From Bispira polyomma (lineage: Eukaryota): a DNA stretch of 64,000 nucleotides. The notes below the pieces were generated by a model that saw only the letters and a list, made by a program, of their open reading frames with translations, did no database searches and was not told the origin of the DNA. The stretch spans positions 52,700,001 to 52,764,000 of the forward strand of contig OZ287752.1 in assembly GCA_965649765.1 (NCBI GenBank), given 5' to 3'. Positions 26,276 to 38,986 of this stretch are shown here, one piece after another (positions within the stretch are counted from its first letter, which is position 1; every line of letters begins with the position of its first letter). The position numbers and the translations under genes were made by a program.

Positions 26276-27253
26276 GTCTTGGTGAATGTTGTGCAGAAAT
26301 GATTTGTAATCTTACAACTTAAGGAAATAAATTTTATCAAAATTTGCTATTTATAACTTTATCTTCACAAGAATTACCAAATTGTTTTTTTTTTGGTCAG
26401 AGAAAATTCCCAATTTGTACATATATAGTTGTACTTTACTTTAAATAAATATGTTATTGCAGCACCTATTTTAATTCAGTCTGTATTTAAGATAGCACCT
26501 AGAGGTATACCTCCCCACATTACAACTTTCAAACATTAAATGTGACCTATTTATTACTAAATTTGAGTTGCATTCTAAAGATAAAAGATGTAGTAGTCCG
26601 ACAAACCTTTTAACAAATCATTAGCTGCAGATATTTGAACTAACAGAACAAACTTTGTTTTCCGACATGTGACTTCGCTTAATGATTTTGTTTATAAGTG
26701 TATTTCCATATAAACACACATTTATGTCTTTTCATGACCGTATTGATATAGATTATTATGTGTGTTTACTTTCAATATGTGTATACACATATATGTACAA
26801 CTGGTAATGTTGAATAAATACTTTTTATGGCGATTGGGTAATACATGTACAACATTGGCATAACACACTGGACTGAAAACTCACACACTGAGCTGTAAAG
26901 TTCACTTCAAGTAGAATAGGCCCATTAATTGATTATGTGATGTTGCCCTATGTAGCATAATAAAGTTATATTGTTCACATATTTGTATTGTAGTGATACT
27001 TATGACACTGTTCATTGTAATAACTAGGATATACACCTATACATTGAGCCATTAAGAAATAAAATGTGTTCAATATGCACAAAATTACAAAGGTTGAAAG
27101 TAAAACATTCAGAGAAATTAAGACCATTAATTGATGGTTGCTTTTATTGCAGTTAATACTCATGGTATTGTATCCTTCATCTGGGATCAAAACACAGTCC
27201 TTCTTGACTGCTAAAGTTCTAAAGTACAATCATCAAACATCTATAGCTGGAAA

Positions 27254-27459
27254 GGCACTGCAGTGGCCTCATGGCTAGAAGCGCCTACTTACAAATGTGG
27301 GTTCAACTACTGTTTCTTCATGTGGGAAAGTCTGTCAGGTATTTGCCGTAGGTCAGTGATTTTCAGTGTTCCAGCACTGGTTTTTACCACTATTGAATCT
27401 GGCTGTATTGATATAATATAAGCTGTTGAAAGTGAGGTAAAACCGAACTAAACTCAAAC
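27254..27459 (+). mobile_element. tRNA-derived SINE with a Meta/RUDI-like core
   Basis: GTGGCCTCATGG A-box-like, GGTTCAA B-box-like, TGTGGGAAAGTCTGTCAGGTATTTGCCGTAGGTCAGTG core and GCTGTTGAAAGTG..GTAAAAC tail. Confidence 0.7.
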
Positions 27460-27629
27460 TTTGTTTGACAACTTTTGCTTATACTTATGTTTTTAACAAA
27501 TTAAGAATTCCTATAAGGAATATATTACACCTGCAAATATTTTCTGAAGACTCAATGATAAAACTAAATGATATAACTGAAAAAGAGGTCAAATGGTGAC
27601 ACATTTAGCAACATCAATAGAGATGGTAT

Positions 27630-27692
27630 CATGTGCCTTAGAATCTACCAGTACAGAGATTAAGTGCTACAAAAGCTAGATTAGATTAGATG
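27630..27692 (+). mobile_element. L2 LINE 3' tail remnant
   Basis: GATTAAGTGCTACAAAAG followed by (TAGAT)n, the same tail as at 47700-47780. Confidence 0.55.
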
Positions 27693-29034
27693 ATAGGACG
27701 TAGTGACAGTCTGTATCTGTCTATACCTGGGATTCACGGGTTAAGATTGAATCAAGGCTCTTCTGCTTGAGAAGTATGATATCACAAAATTCTTATGTTA
27801 ATTCTTCTTTACACATAATTGTCACAAAACTATGTGAGCTCTTGGGCCTTAGCCATGTCATGGTAACACACTAGCCTCCCACCCCCGCCATAATGAGCAT
27901 TGAATATTGGCCCAAGTGTGTATATGAAGAAGTAGATGTGATATCCTTATCCTATGAACTGCCCGTCGACACAAGATATGACACAAGATGTGTTGAAAGT
28001 TAGATGGAAACCCAAAACTAATCTAATCTAATTTCAGAGGTTTTAGGGGATCTTAGGGGCCGTTCCTGTGATAATTTAGTGTTTATTTATTGTTACTCTA
28101 AAGTTTAGTGTATTTATGGTATTACATTAGAGACATAAGTCGTAGGTCATTTCAAGAACTGAGTGAACCAGATTACATTAACTTCATTACATTATTATTT
28201 TATTTGTTTATTCTAACACATATACAATGGTAACATTTAGACAATGTTATTTTAAAATTCATAGTTTATTGCAACCACAAAGTTTTCTGATTTTTCTAAT
28301 GATTTTTGCCAGATGAATATCAAGTCATAAATAAGGACGTATGTAAATATCAAGATGTTTAGAAATAATGTGTTTATACAAAAGAAATGGTATACCCTTT
28401 TTAGAGAAAGAAAAGCTCCCCTTATCACCATCGTCCCCTTTGCATTTATAGCCAAATCGAGCCATGCGTATTAAATATGAGAAGAACATCAGGTTTGCAT
28501 GTGGCTCTACATAAGAAGGGCTATAGATGTCTGCATATCATGATACAATTAGTATTCACATTCATTCAACCTTTGTACAACGTTTTATCATTTTGTGGGT
28601 TATTTAGAATGACTGAAAATAAACACAATCTATTGCATAAGATTTATATGTCTATAAGGAAGTCTGTGCTTCAAATGGGAAATTTAAAGACGATGTTTTT
28701 TTTTTCAGGTTTGCTGATGTGTAGAATATGTGGGATTGGATAAATTATCAGAGCCTCCCGTCATCTCTTAAATAAATATAATTTGAAATTCAGGGGTCGT
28801 AATCATTATGAAAGCTCAGGGTTCCTCTCATAAGCTCTAAACCCGGTGACGACCCAGTAAAAAACAAGAGAACTCAGTAGAGCGCATACCTACGCTATGA
28901 CGTACAACATCAAAAAGCCTCAGTGTTAACTTCAGACCTAGACCTCTAAATCTCGGCCATGCGAGATACACACAAAATTTTGTCAGTTATCTAAAATATC
29001 AATAGAACATCATTTTTTAAAAATATTGACCCCA

Positions 29035-29238
29035 GGCCGTATTCACCAAAGGGCTTAGTCTTAACTTAGTTTAAGGCTTAATATTTTGGTCTTACATTTT
29101 GGCCTGAAAGATGAAGATTTTGGTCTTAGTCACAGTGGCAGCAAAAACAGATCTTCGGTGAGTGTTAACTTTGAGTGTTAGGCAGTCTTAAATATTTTAG
29201 ACATAAATGTTAAGCTTTAGACTTAGTTAAGACTGAGC
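29035..29238. mobile_element. Truncated palindromic MITE related to the 56296 element
   Basis: Starts CAG-GCCGTATTCAC..AGGGCTTAG; inverted arms GCTTAGTCTTAACTTAG / CTTAGTTAAGACTGAGC. Confidence 0.6.
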
Positions 29239-32200
29239 TATAAGCTAAACATAAGATATAAGCTAAATACTCATTAATGTTATGTAGCTATTAAGGCATA
29301 AGCTAAATACTCATTGAAGGTAACTACTGTCAAAATGATTGATGTTCTTTCACGTCTCTTGCCCTAGCAAAAAAAAGTCAGGTCACAATCGATTAGTAGT
29401 TACTATGTAATCCTGTTGACAAACAACAAACCAACAGACGGCATAGAAAACACTCTCTTATTAAAGATAATATGCAAAGCCATGAGAGTTTTAAAAATTA
29501 AGTGAACAAAGTTTGATGTATGACGTCACTCGTGTTTTGCCAAATTAGGTTGTCTAAGTTTGAGGTCAAAAGTAAAGCAAAGGTCATTTGTGTTTTGATA
29601 GTTGAAGTTGTTGAAAAGAGAAATGCTGTTTGGACAAATTGATTTGCAAATTTAAATTTACAACTGTACAAAAGTTTTAATTTTTTTAAATCCCAACAGG
29701 ACTGCATAATGTTACAGCATCTTTGGGGAGCATAAAAAGGACCACTATAAAACGAAATAACACTATAAATATGTACCATAACAAGTATTACATTCAAATT
29801 AGAATATGTCATACAAAATAGGAGTTGCGTGTAGTAGTTTACAGCTTCATGACATTTTAACAAAGCCCTGGGTAGTGCATTAATTGTGTTATTCTAATAA
29901 GAATAGGAATTTCCAGAGGTCCTATTTATATTATCTTAAAGGGATAAAGGGGACCCATAGTTTTTTGTTATTAGAATGACTCACTAGAAAACATAGCCCG
30001 TGGTTTTCCCCCAAACCCAAAAAAGTTTGCATCTAAAGACATCCTACTGTAGTCTTTTTGCCTCAAGTTTTTCATCAAGAAATTATTGATGTATAAGTTT
30101 TCAATTTTGCACAATGACACCTTACACAGTAAAAATAGAAAAACACTGTCAATGGTTTTCCCCAAATTTCTCGAAATGCATAAATTTTGACTGTATATAA
30201 ATTACGAAACTTTGATTTACTACTTCTTGTTTAGTACCTATTTATAATCAGTGTCTTATCTTACTAAACAATAAGTATTTATTTTTGCTATATGGCTATA
30301 GCGTACTTTAATTTTTAGGCCTCGTTTTATCTCTTTATTCCCGGTCAACTGACTTGCAGTCTTTACTCACAGACAGTTCCTACTATCTTTTCATTGGAAA
30401 CCATTCCATGTATCTATTATACTTTATGCTATATCTTATGTTAAAGTAAATACATGTAGAAATAGCTAAAACTTGTACACACATGATATATTACAAGGTA
30501 AAGGATAATTTTAAACTCCCCACAATCAAACAAATCAAAAGGGCAAAAAAGTGACAGTATACGAATAGCAAGAACGAAGAACAATCCCTACAATAATACC
30601 AAATAACTAGCCACGTATAACTACTACATCATACACACATCATCTATGTGAATATTTATTCTACATTTATATCAGCCCAAATTCAGGAATAATTATAAAC
30701 TAAGTTAAAAACACAGGATGTGGATTGAAATGGCCAGTTTATTCAACTGACAAAAATGTATATATTAAACCACGCATACAAGATCTTTAAAATTTGATCA
30801 CATCACACAAGTGACTTATATAAAAGTGAAGAATTCCTTTCTATGTCAAAGGTTATATCAGAACCAGTTGGTAGAAAAGATTAATAGGGACAGAAGCTGT
30901 GAGTCACTTGATGGGTGTTCCCCTGAAATGCCATACATTGTTTTGGTAACCATGAAAATGATATGGAGTCAGTCACTCCAGTTTATTTATAGTGAAGATG
31001 AAATATCAGATTACTATGTAGAAATAGAGTAGGAGAAATTTAGATCAAACATACAACTGATACAACATACAGCATAAAATATTACTGGAAAAACACACTG
31101 TATAGTGGGTGTATTACTGTTAAGGTCCATTCACACAGTCCAGATCCAGATCCCGATCATGGATTTGTATAAATTTGACAAGAATAAAACAGTGTGAGCA
31201 TCCACACAAAGGATGAATCTACCTTAAGCTGGAAACTGTGCAATTGCTGTGTTATCTGAGATGAGGAAGTCTGTAGTAGATTCAATGCAGTGGAGCTGCT
31301 TCCCAGAGAAGGATGGAGGGGGAAAGTACAGCACTCTCGGGAGGCTAGCCAGGGAGCAAGGTGTCAAGCTGGGAAAATGTAATAAAAATCAAACCTATTA
31401 AATTTGGCAAGCGGTATATATAATATTATTATCCACCAGTATTGCATGCCCACCAATAATAAATGAAAACCTGTCTGAAAAATGTCTTTTAGGAACTGAA
31501 GGTCACTGGGCTTGTAATGATTCAGTAACTGTCGCCTTAAAGTGACGTTAAGGTAATCATAGTTGACTGTTAACAAATATTAACTTGAAATACTGAGTGT
31601 GAAGTGAAGGTTACCAGAATACATAATGTACCAATTAAAGGTTTATCTGTATAAATAATGTACTAATTCAGTGTGTATAACTAACTTAACATGTATACTT
31701 AATGGATCTGTAAATATATTGTAGTAGTAGCAATAACCTCAATTTTATGTATAACAAAATAGTAAGCTCATCTCGTGTGTCTTTGAGCTTTCTTCCCCTG
31801 GGGTTGGTGGGGCCTGTACAGTAGATTTCCCATTTTGTCACGTGTCATGGGTACACAATGGATGTCTTTTAAGCGGTAGATAGAGGCAAATATCAAAGGT
31901 TCTAGTCCACAAGTTAATATGATTTATCCTAGATTTTGGTGTCTGTGTAATGTTGAAGGCTGGATGGCTGATGAAATGGTGGTAGCTCCAATCTCTACTA
32001 TTTCATTTGCACCTAGTAAAAGTGGAAGGTCAGATACACATTGGACCAAATGGTACACGTAAGTATTTGCAAAGTAACACAGGCTAATCTCTTATTTGTA
32101 GACTGTCTCGGGAACGCAATTGTAATGCACAGTTCACCAGCTGAGGATTGGTTGTGTGAACCTGTAATTGCCCAGTTTGTGGTCCTAGTTCTGCTGGTGA

Positions 32201-34282
32201 GACATTGGTCACCTCATTAGCTTCTAGCTGCATCCGAACGGTGCTAGTAATGATGTCAGCATGGACTCGGACTTTCTCCTCTGACAGCAAGGCTGGTTTG
32301 GGTGGAGAATTGTTCTTTGGAAGTGTCTGAACTCTGACCCGCGGATGACAATGCGGCTGATGACACTGCTACAAGGTAGCCTGTTGTAAAGTGGCATCTT
32401 GGACTAGACCTTGTAGCAGATTGTGTTGTCATGGTTATCTGTGGAAGCAGAGTGTAGAAGAGTAGGTTGGATATGTAAATCACATTATTACAGTGGTATA
32501 GGTAAACCGTAGGTAACCATGAAGATGAAGCCATACTTTAATTAAACTGATGAATAAAGTAAGAATTAATCGTAACAATTCAACATACAGATGGAGAAGT
32601 ATGGTAAAAATGAAAAAAGACTTTTTAATAAACTATCAACAGGTATGAGTATGGCCATATGAATGAAATGTACTTAACTGAAATGGAATATCCAAGGATA
32701 TAACTGTATAACTGTGTAACAGTACAATAGGTATTAAGCACAATATGTAGTTCAATGCTAACATAAAGAAGTAAATGTTATAAAGTTATTATTAAATGTT
32801 AGTAAAAGTAAATTAATAAAAGGGAAGAACAATATAAAAATATATATCTGTGTCAGTGAAGAGCAAAGCTTCCACTGATTACACACACACACAGGTTTTT
32901 CAACAGATCAACCCTATCTGGTAAATATCAGTGATGGACTAATCCTCACATACAAAGTTAGCCTTTCTTTGGCGATATAAATGTGATTATATAGTTAATA
33001 AAAGCATTATATAGCAATTACTAGCCGTACATGGGCCATAAACAGGCAAGTGTTATTGCCACCTATATAATGACACCTATTCATGGTCTAGTGTAACGTC
33101 AATCATAACATAGACTTGGTTATCCTTATCCACCATGCATGATATTGTTATTATTCAACTAATACAATGGAACTACACTATTTTAAGCGCCATTGTCTGT
33201 TTAAAGTCATACTGCACACATATAATGCTTGAGAGAAAAGGACTTGACATCAACACCTATGTGAATACATATGGCCATTCCATCACATGTACTTGTGTAG
33301 AGATTGTGTAATACCATTAAAAGTATATTTAGATGTATTTAGGGGTTAACAGTGGTGTCATTTCAACGACTCTTTAAAAAAATACTTATTTTTAATGTTT
33401 TCATTTCTTGTTAGTTATGCATTTAATTGATTAGGTAACATTTTCTAAGCCAAAAAAACAATTTCATATACCGTTTAAATCTAAATCTATTAAAAAGGAT
33501 TTATATATCCCACATTTTAACTTAAAAGCTGATGTCAAAAAATATGAATAATATAGTTCAAAGATAATAACTTGGGATCTCATTTAAAGAAAGGCACTTA
33601 AAGAAGATATGTTATTTCAGTTAAGTAAATATACTTGAATTTGAACCATTATTTAATCATCTGAATGTAAATAATAGTATGGTTAGGATTCGGCAGCATT
33701 ATTTATGTCGATTTTTTCATTTTTTTTTTTTTTATTTCTGTTTAAAATAGGTCAAGTGTTTATCTATAGAAATCATACTGCGCATAAAGGTGTTTTGGAA
33801 GCCATTTCATTGGTTGAACAAATACCTGACTAGACAGGGAAGGAAGGATTTATGTATTGAATTGACTTCCTCAACGTATTTATACGCATAAATATTTGGC
33901 ACAGTTCCTTATGTGGTGAAGTTAATCAGTTGAGGTGTAGAACAAATAATAACAATTCTGTTTTAGAGTTTGGCAAATCCAACATTATTTAGGCTGATGC
34001 GGTTTGAGCTTTGCACCAAATTTCACAAGATGGATATATTTTGGTTTCCCTGTTCCGGACTTATGGCGCTTATCTTGCTGTCTTTTGCTCAGATGGTGAA
34101 TGGGTCAGTAATGATGTCGATAATTACTGAATAGTTTAATTGAACAATGTATATTTTTGCGAAAAAAATAAGTCACTAAAAATAACCGATTTGGTATATC
34201 ACCAAAGGCAAATTACATCTTTAAACTAGTAGTGAAAGCATAATATTTACAAATTTATCTCTTCTGCTAACCAGAAATACAG

Positions 34283-34284
<2 letters not shown>

Positions 34285-34362
<78 letters not shown>
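34285..34362. repeat. (TA)n microsatellite
   Basis: Essentially uninterrupted TA run of ~70 bp. Confidence 0.97.
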
Positions 34363-34365
<3 letters not shown>

Positions 34366-34444
34366 CAATACAAAGACTCTTTTTGTCAGAAAAGGCATGT
34401 TTAATTACATTAAATTTTAATAGCAGAAATAAATTTCTAGTTGT

Positions 34445-34656
34445 ACTGTGCAGAGCACGACCCAACAGGGGTCTGCTAGTTCAGTTCAATAGTAAAGCAT
34501 ATACCTTAACCCCTGGCGATTAACCAGTATACTACTGTCCTCTAACTTCATAATCTCTCGACCAATCAGAAATGATGCTACAGCAAGCAGGCTAATTTAT
34601 GTGTGGTCATTCTTCCATTTTGAAAAGGAAACTTCAACTGACAACACGAACAATTT
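34445..34656 (+). repeat. Split direct repeat A1 (212 bp)
   Basis: Identical by eye to 40180-40391; contains CCAATCA and CCATTTTG promoter-like words. Confidence 0.95.
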
Positions 34657-34777
34657 GAATTCGCTATTATACATGATAGGGTTGAAGTTCCTTAATTTTA
34701 ACATTTTAGTTTTTTATATTTTGTTTGTTTTTACATTATAGTTATTAAAAAGTGTTGTATATGCCTGTGAATTAAGA

Positions 34778-36028
34778 ATGGGTAGAACAAAGAAAACATC
34801 AGCATCAGCGGTAAAACAGACCAAAGCAAGACAGCCTACTAAGAGGACGACTTCTACAAAGAAAGGTAGTCAGGTAGCATATGACCCGCTCGTTACAGAT
34901 CTAGCCAGTCCATTTGACCAAGCCGGCTCGGAAAACTCACCCAGTATTATGCCTCAGGGTCTTCAAAATTTTGGCCACCATTCCATGAATCATCTGCCAC
35001 GTGGCGGCACAGATAATGGGGAAATGTTGGCAATTTTACGAAGGTTAGAACAATCACACGTTGTACTTTCACAACGCTTAGACAGAGTTGAGTCGAAGGA
35101 CACTCCGAGTTCTGCGTCACCGACACTACTCCCACCTCGTGCTAAGCAGGCTGCTACAGTGCCGATTGTTACAGTTCCACTCTTACAGCCAGCTCCTACT
35201 TTGCTTCCTACCACTGATTACGCTACGATGGCGGCAGCGCCGATGGCTACAGTTCCTCACACGAAGACAGCTCCAACTTTACTGCTGGGCAATGACTACG
35301 ATAAGGAGGGGATCGTGCCTCAACCCGATGTGTTGAAATCCATGCCAGACGTTCAGGCAATGGTTAATCAGCGCCTAGCAGAATACAGTCTACAAGCACA
35401 AGCGAACTTTGCTCAAGGTAAGACCCCATGACAGAAATCGGGTCGCTTTAACGGTACAGACATACCTACCAACAATCCGAAACTTAGATGGGCCAACGAG
35501 GGTTGGACGGGCGGATCGGCGGAAAAACGACCACTCTTTGATGAACTATCCCTCCCACAGTGGGCATCCGGCCAGCTGGCCAACGCTTTACAAATCTCTG
35601 ATCCTATAGTTTCACGTGAAGTCATACAACAGGTAGTACTAGCGTTACGAGATGCGGCGTCACTCCCATGGGACGTGGTGAGGACAGCCTGGGCTCTGAA
35701 TATGACAGAGGTTGAGGAAGGGCGACTCGCATGGGGAGATACGACCCAGTGGGCGTTGAATCGCCTAAGCGCTTCACAACTCGCTATGTTAAACTCAAAG
35801 GGATCTGGATCTACACTCACACCGTCTTCAAACCAGAACGGCGCAAAAACTATCTGCAAGCTGTATAATTCCGGCAAGTGTGTACATAAGGCAGACCATG
35901 ACAGATTTAAACACGTATGCTGGCATTGCGCCACAGTACTCCACAAAGATATGTATCACCCAGACTTCAAATGCTATAGATCCAACTCGGCTAAGCAAAC
36001 GGATTCTGCACCTAAAGGAAATCAATAG
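34778..36028 (+). CDS. gag: Ngaro Gag-like protein (416 codons, one internal TGA at 35429-35431)
   Basis: ORFs 34778-35431 and 35675-36028 share a frame that is open across a single TGA (KTP*QKSGRF). C-terminal Cys/His fingers CKLYNSGKC..H..HVCWHC..H....C. Confidence 0.85.
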
Positions 36029-38980
36029 GACGTTGACCAACTACCAGGTAGTAGGGCAGACAGTGGAAGTAATAAAAGTAAAATAGATAATAAGAAAAGT
36101 AAAACATTAGTAAACAGTTTTAAATCAGTTAAGTCACCTAGTATTAATCAGGTGAATAGTTTTGAAGGAAGTAAAAACATTCATAGATTTTTGCATGAAA
36201 GTTTAAGGTTGAATAATATTGATTCCACTTACAATAACACACACGTGAGTGAAACTATATGTAGTAACGAACAATTAGATTTCAAGAATCCCTATATGGG
36301 TGAGGTCACGAACGGTAACATGGGCATTCTGCCACATAGTATATATCAACACCCAGTACAGGGCTTCATAGAATGTGATACTGACACATCGATTAAAAAT
36401 ACCCCTTTTAATGTCAGTAATAGCTGCACTGATAATACATATAATATACCAGTTGGCAAACAATTGGGGATAGGTGAACAATCATTGATGGATTGGGACA
36501 ATTCACAGGTAAATAGTGAGTATACAGGCAGCTTTTACTTTAATAATAATAACAACATTTGTGTCAATGATAATTCCCCAATTTGGGGAAGGGAAAATAT
36601 AAAGACAAGTTATATCGTGGACACATGTGTTACGGGCAGCACAGGCTACGGTAGCCAATTGCAGACATGCAATGGTGCATATATGAGAGTGTTAATTTCT
36701 GTAACTAACTGGTTATATGTAGTTCCAAACTATCAGGGAGGTTTGCCTGTCCTATTTCTTCAGAGCAGTGAAAATAAATTGTCAGGTTTTTATGTCATGG
36801 GAAATGGATTTATAGGTCAGTATGGACATTACTATAGATGTTTAGACGAGCCAGTAGGCGAAATTGTGGTCACGGAAACTAGTTACAGAGACATCACTCT
36901 TGTTGCCCAGTTAGAAGGAAAATGTCAAAACAAGGCTACGGTAGCCCATTGCAGACAGGATGCTGATAATGCATATACAAATTTTCAAAAAGACATTTAT
37001 TATAAAGAACATTTTAATATGAATTATACTGAATATGTAACTGATATAATAGATAAAATGTTATATGAAGACAGTGATAATAAAGTATCACTGCGAATGC
37101 AAACGGGACCTAGTAAGGTCAGTACAGTTAAATCCTGTGCAAAAGGTAGAGTGTACACGTCCGCTTCTTCTCCAGAACTAAGGTTACTAGACAATATTTC
37201 AGACACTAAGGTGTTAAAAATAAGTAAGGACTTTAATTTACCAGAAAAAACTAAGGGTTTCTTGGCATTGTCAGAAACAAAATTTAAATTTCAAGGACCA
37301 GATAGGGCTCCCATACACATAACCTCACCACAACAAATGTTAGACTTAGCTAGGATAATTAAGGACACGGGTTACCCAAACTACAGAATGGCACGATTTC
37401 CTATCAACTCTGGTTTGAATATTGAAGTTTGGGAACAGATACTCCAGGACTACCCAGACGAACTTCTCATCCAGTATTTGAAATTCGGTTTCCCTTTGTC
37501 ATTAACAAACCCTGACATACTTAAAATTAAGGAAGTTACTAATCACCACTCTGCCCTTCAACATACTTCAGCAATCACACAATATTTAGAGAAAGAAAAG
37601 CAATGTGGCGCAATGTTGGGGCCCATTGTGGACATCAATAACGATTTATTTCATAGTTCTCCATTGCTCACCAGACCCAAGGACTATACTAAAAGGCGCG
37701 TCATACTCAATTTGTCTCACCCTAAGGGCGCTTCCCTTAATGATAACGTAGACAGGGAAAAATTCGACGGAGTCGATTTTGTCCTTAGATTTCCTACCAT
37801 TGATGATATAATACAAAAGATTCGTAATACCATTAATCCCAAGATCTTTAAACTGGACGTTGCGCGTGCATTTCGAAATTTGAGAGTTGACCCAGCTGAT
37901 GCTGTCAAACTAGGAATTTGCTTTAAAGATAATAAATATATCGATCCTGCGGTTGCGTTTGGCTGGGTCCACGGCTCCGCAGCTTTTCAGCGCTGTTCTG
38001 ACGTGGTCGCTTATACCATGGCCAAACGCAATCACACCATATTCTGTTATATCGACGATTACGTTGGAGTCTCTACTAAAACGGAAGTGGATGAAGCATT
38101 TAAAGAACTGCATGGATTAGTCACCTCTCTCGGTTTACCCATCAACCCGGGAAAAATTAGTAAACCTAGTTCCACAATTACTTGTTTAGGAATAGATATA
38201 AACATAGATGACAACACCATAAGTATTACTACAGAGAAGCTTCAGGAAACTTATAACTTGTGTCTAGAGGTACGCGACAAGAAATGGGTCTCCCGTTCGA
38301 AATATCAATCGATATTAGGTAAACTTTTATATATACATAAATGCGTCAAACCGGCACGCATTTTTATAAATAGGTTACTCATCGCATTCCGAGGTAACAG
38401 CCAGGCGAAACGGATAAAGATCACGCAAGAAATTAAGGCTGACCTTTCTTGGTTCGTTAAGTTTCTATATAGCTACAACGGCATAAATTACATTACTCCG
38501 GTCACTGATACTTATGGCAACCAAGTCTTCATTGATGCATGCCTTACAGGCTTAGGAGCAGTATGTGGTAAGCAAGTATATGCTACTCCATTATTTAATA
38601 TATATGGACAACCATTATCTATAGTACACATAGAAATGTTGAATATACTTATAGCTTTGCGTGTTTGGGGTGAGCAATGGAGACATAATAAAATCATAAT
38701 GCATTGTGATAATATGGCTGTTGTCCTGGTAGTAAGGTCTAATAGAACTAAGGATAAATTTTTGGCATTATGTCTTAGAAATATTTGGTTATTGTCAGCG
38801 ATATATGACATAACTATTGAAATTCAACATATTAGGGGTAAGGAAAATATTATTGCTGACTTGCTGTCCAGATTGTTTTCAGACCAACCCCCACTTGGGG
38901 AACAGTTCAATATTCTTAAGGATAATTGTGACTGGCACAATATACCAATACAGTACTTTAATTTGGACCTTGATATATAA
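36029..38980 (+). CDS. pol: Ngaro Pol: long N-terminal extension + reverse transcriptase + RNase H
   Basis: KRRVILNLS, KLDVARAFRNL, FGW, YIDDY, CLGI (RT); FIDACLTGLG, HIEMLN, HCDN, GKENIIADLLSR (RNase H). The frame is open from directly after the gag TAG. Confidence 0.95.
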   Translation, partial: DVDQLPGSRADSGSNKSKIDNKKSKTLVNSFKSVKSPSINQVNSFEGSKNIHRFLHESLRLNNIDSTYNNTHVSETICSNEQLDFKNPYMGEVTNGNMGILPHSIYQHPVQGFIECDTDTSIKNTPFNVSNSCTDNTYNIPVGKQLGIGEQSLMDWDNSQVNSEYTGSFYFNNNNNICVNDNSPIWGRENIKTSYIVDTCVTGSTGYGSQLQTCNGAYMRVLISVTNWLYVVPNYQGGLPVLFLQSSENKLSGFYVMGNGFIGQYGHYYRCLDEPVGEIVVTETSYRDITLVAQLEGKCQNKATVAHCRQDADNAYTNFQKDIYYKEHFNMNYTEYVTDIIDKMLYEDSDNKVSLRMQTGPSKVSTVKSCAKGRVYTSASSPELRLLDNISDTKVLKISKDFNLPEKTKGFLALSETKFKFQGPDRAPIHITSPQQMLDLARIIKDTGYPNYRMARFPINSGLNIEVWEQILQDYPDELLIQYLKFGFPLSLTNPDILKIKEVTNHHSALQHTSAITQYLEKEKQCGAMLGPIVDINNDLFHSSPLLTRPKDYTKRRVILNLSHPKGASLNDNVDREKFDGVDFVLRFPTIDDIIQKIRNTINPKIFKLDVARAFRNLRVDPADAVKLGICFKDNKYIDPAVAFGWVHGSAAFQRCSDVVAYTMAKRNHTIFCYIDDYVGVSTKTEVDEAFKELHGLVTSLGLPINPGKISKPSSTITCLGIDINIDDNTISITTEKLQETYNLCLEVRDKKWVSRSKYQSILGKLLYIHKCVKPARIFINRLLIAFRGNSQAKRIKITQEIKADLSWFVKFLYSYNGINYITPVTDTYGNQVFIDACLTGLGAVCGKQVYATPLFNIYGQPLSIVHIEMLNILIALRVWGEQWRHNKIIMHCDNMAVVLVVRSNRTKDKFLALCLRNIWLLSAIYDITIEIQHIRGKENIIADLLSRLFSDQPPLGEQFNILKDNCDWHNIPIQYFNLDLDI

Positions 38981-38986
38981 TTTCAG

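Noticed and set aside
35429-35431. Programmed recoding (selenocysteine or readthrough) at the TGA inside gag
   Set aside because: Most simply a CGA->TGA change; the homologous gag at 62.0 kb has no stop at this position.
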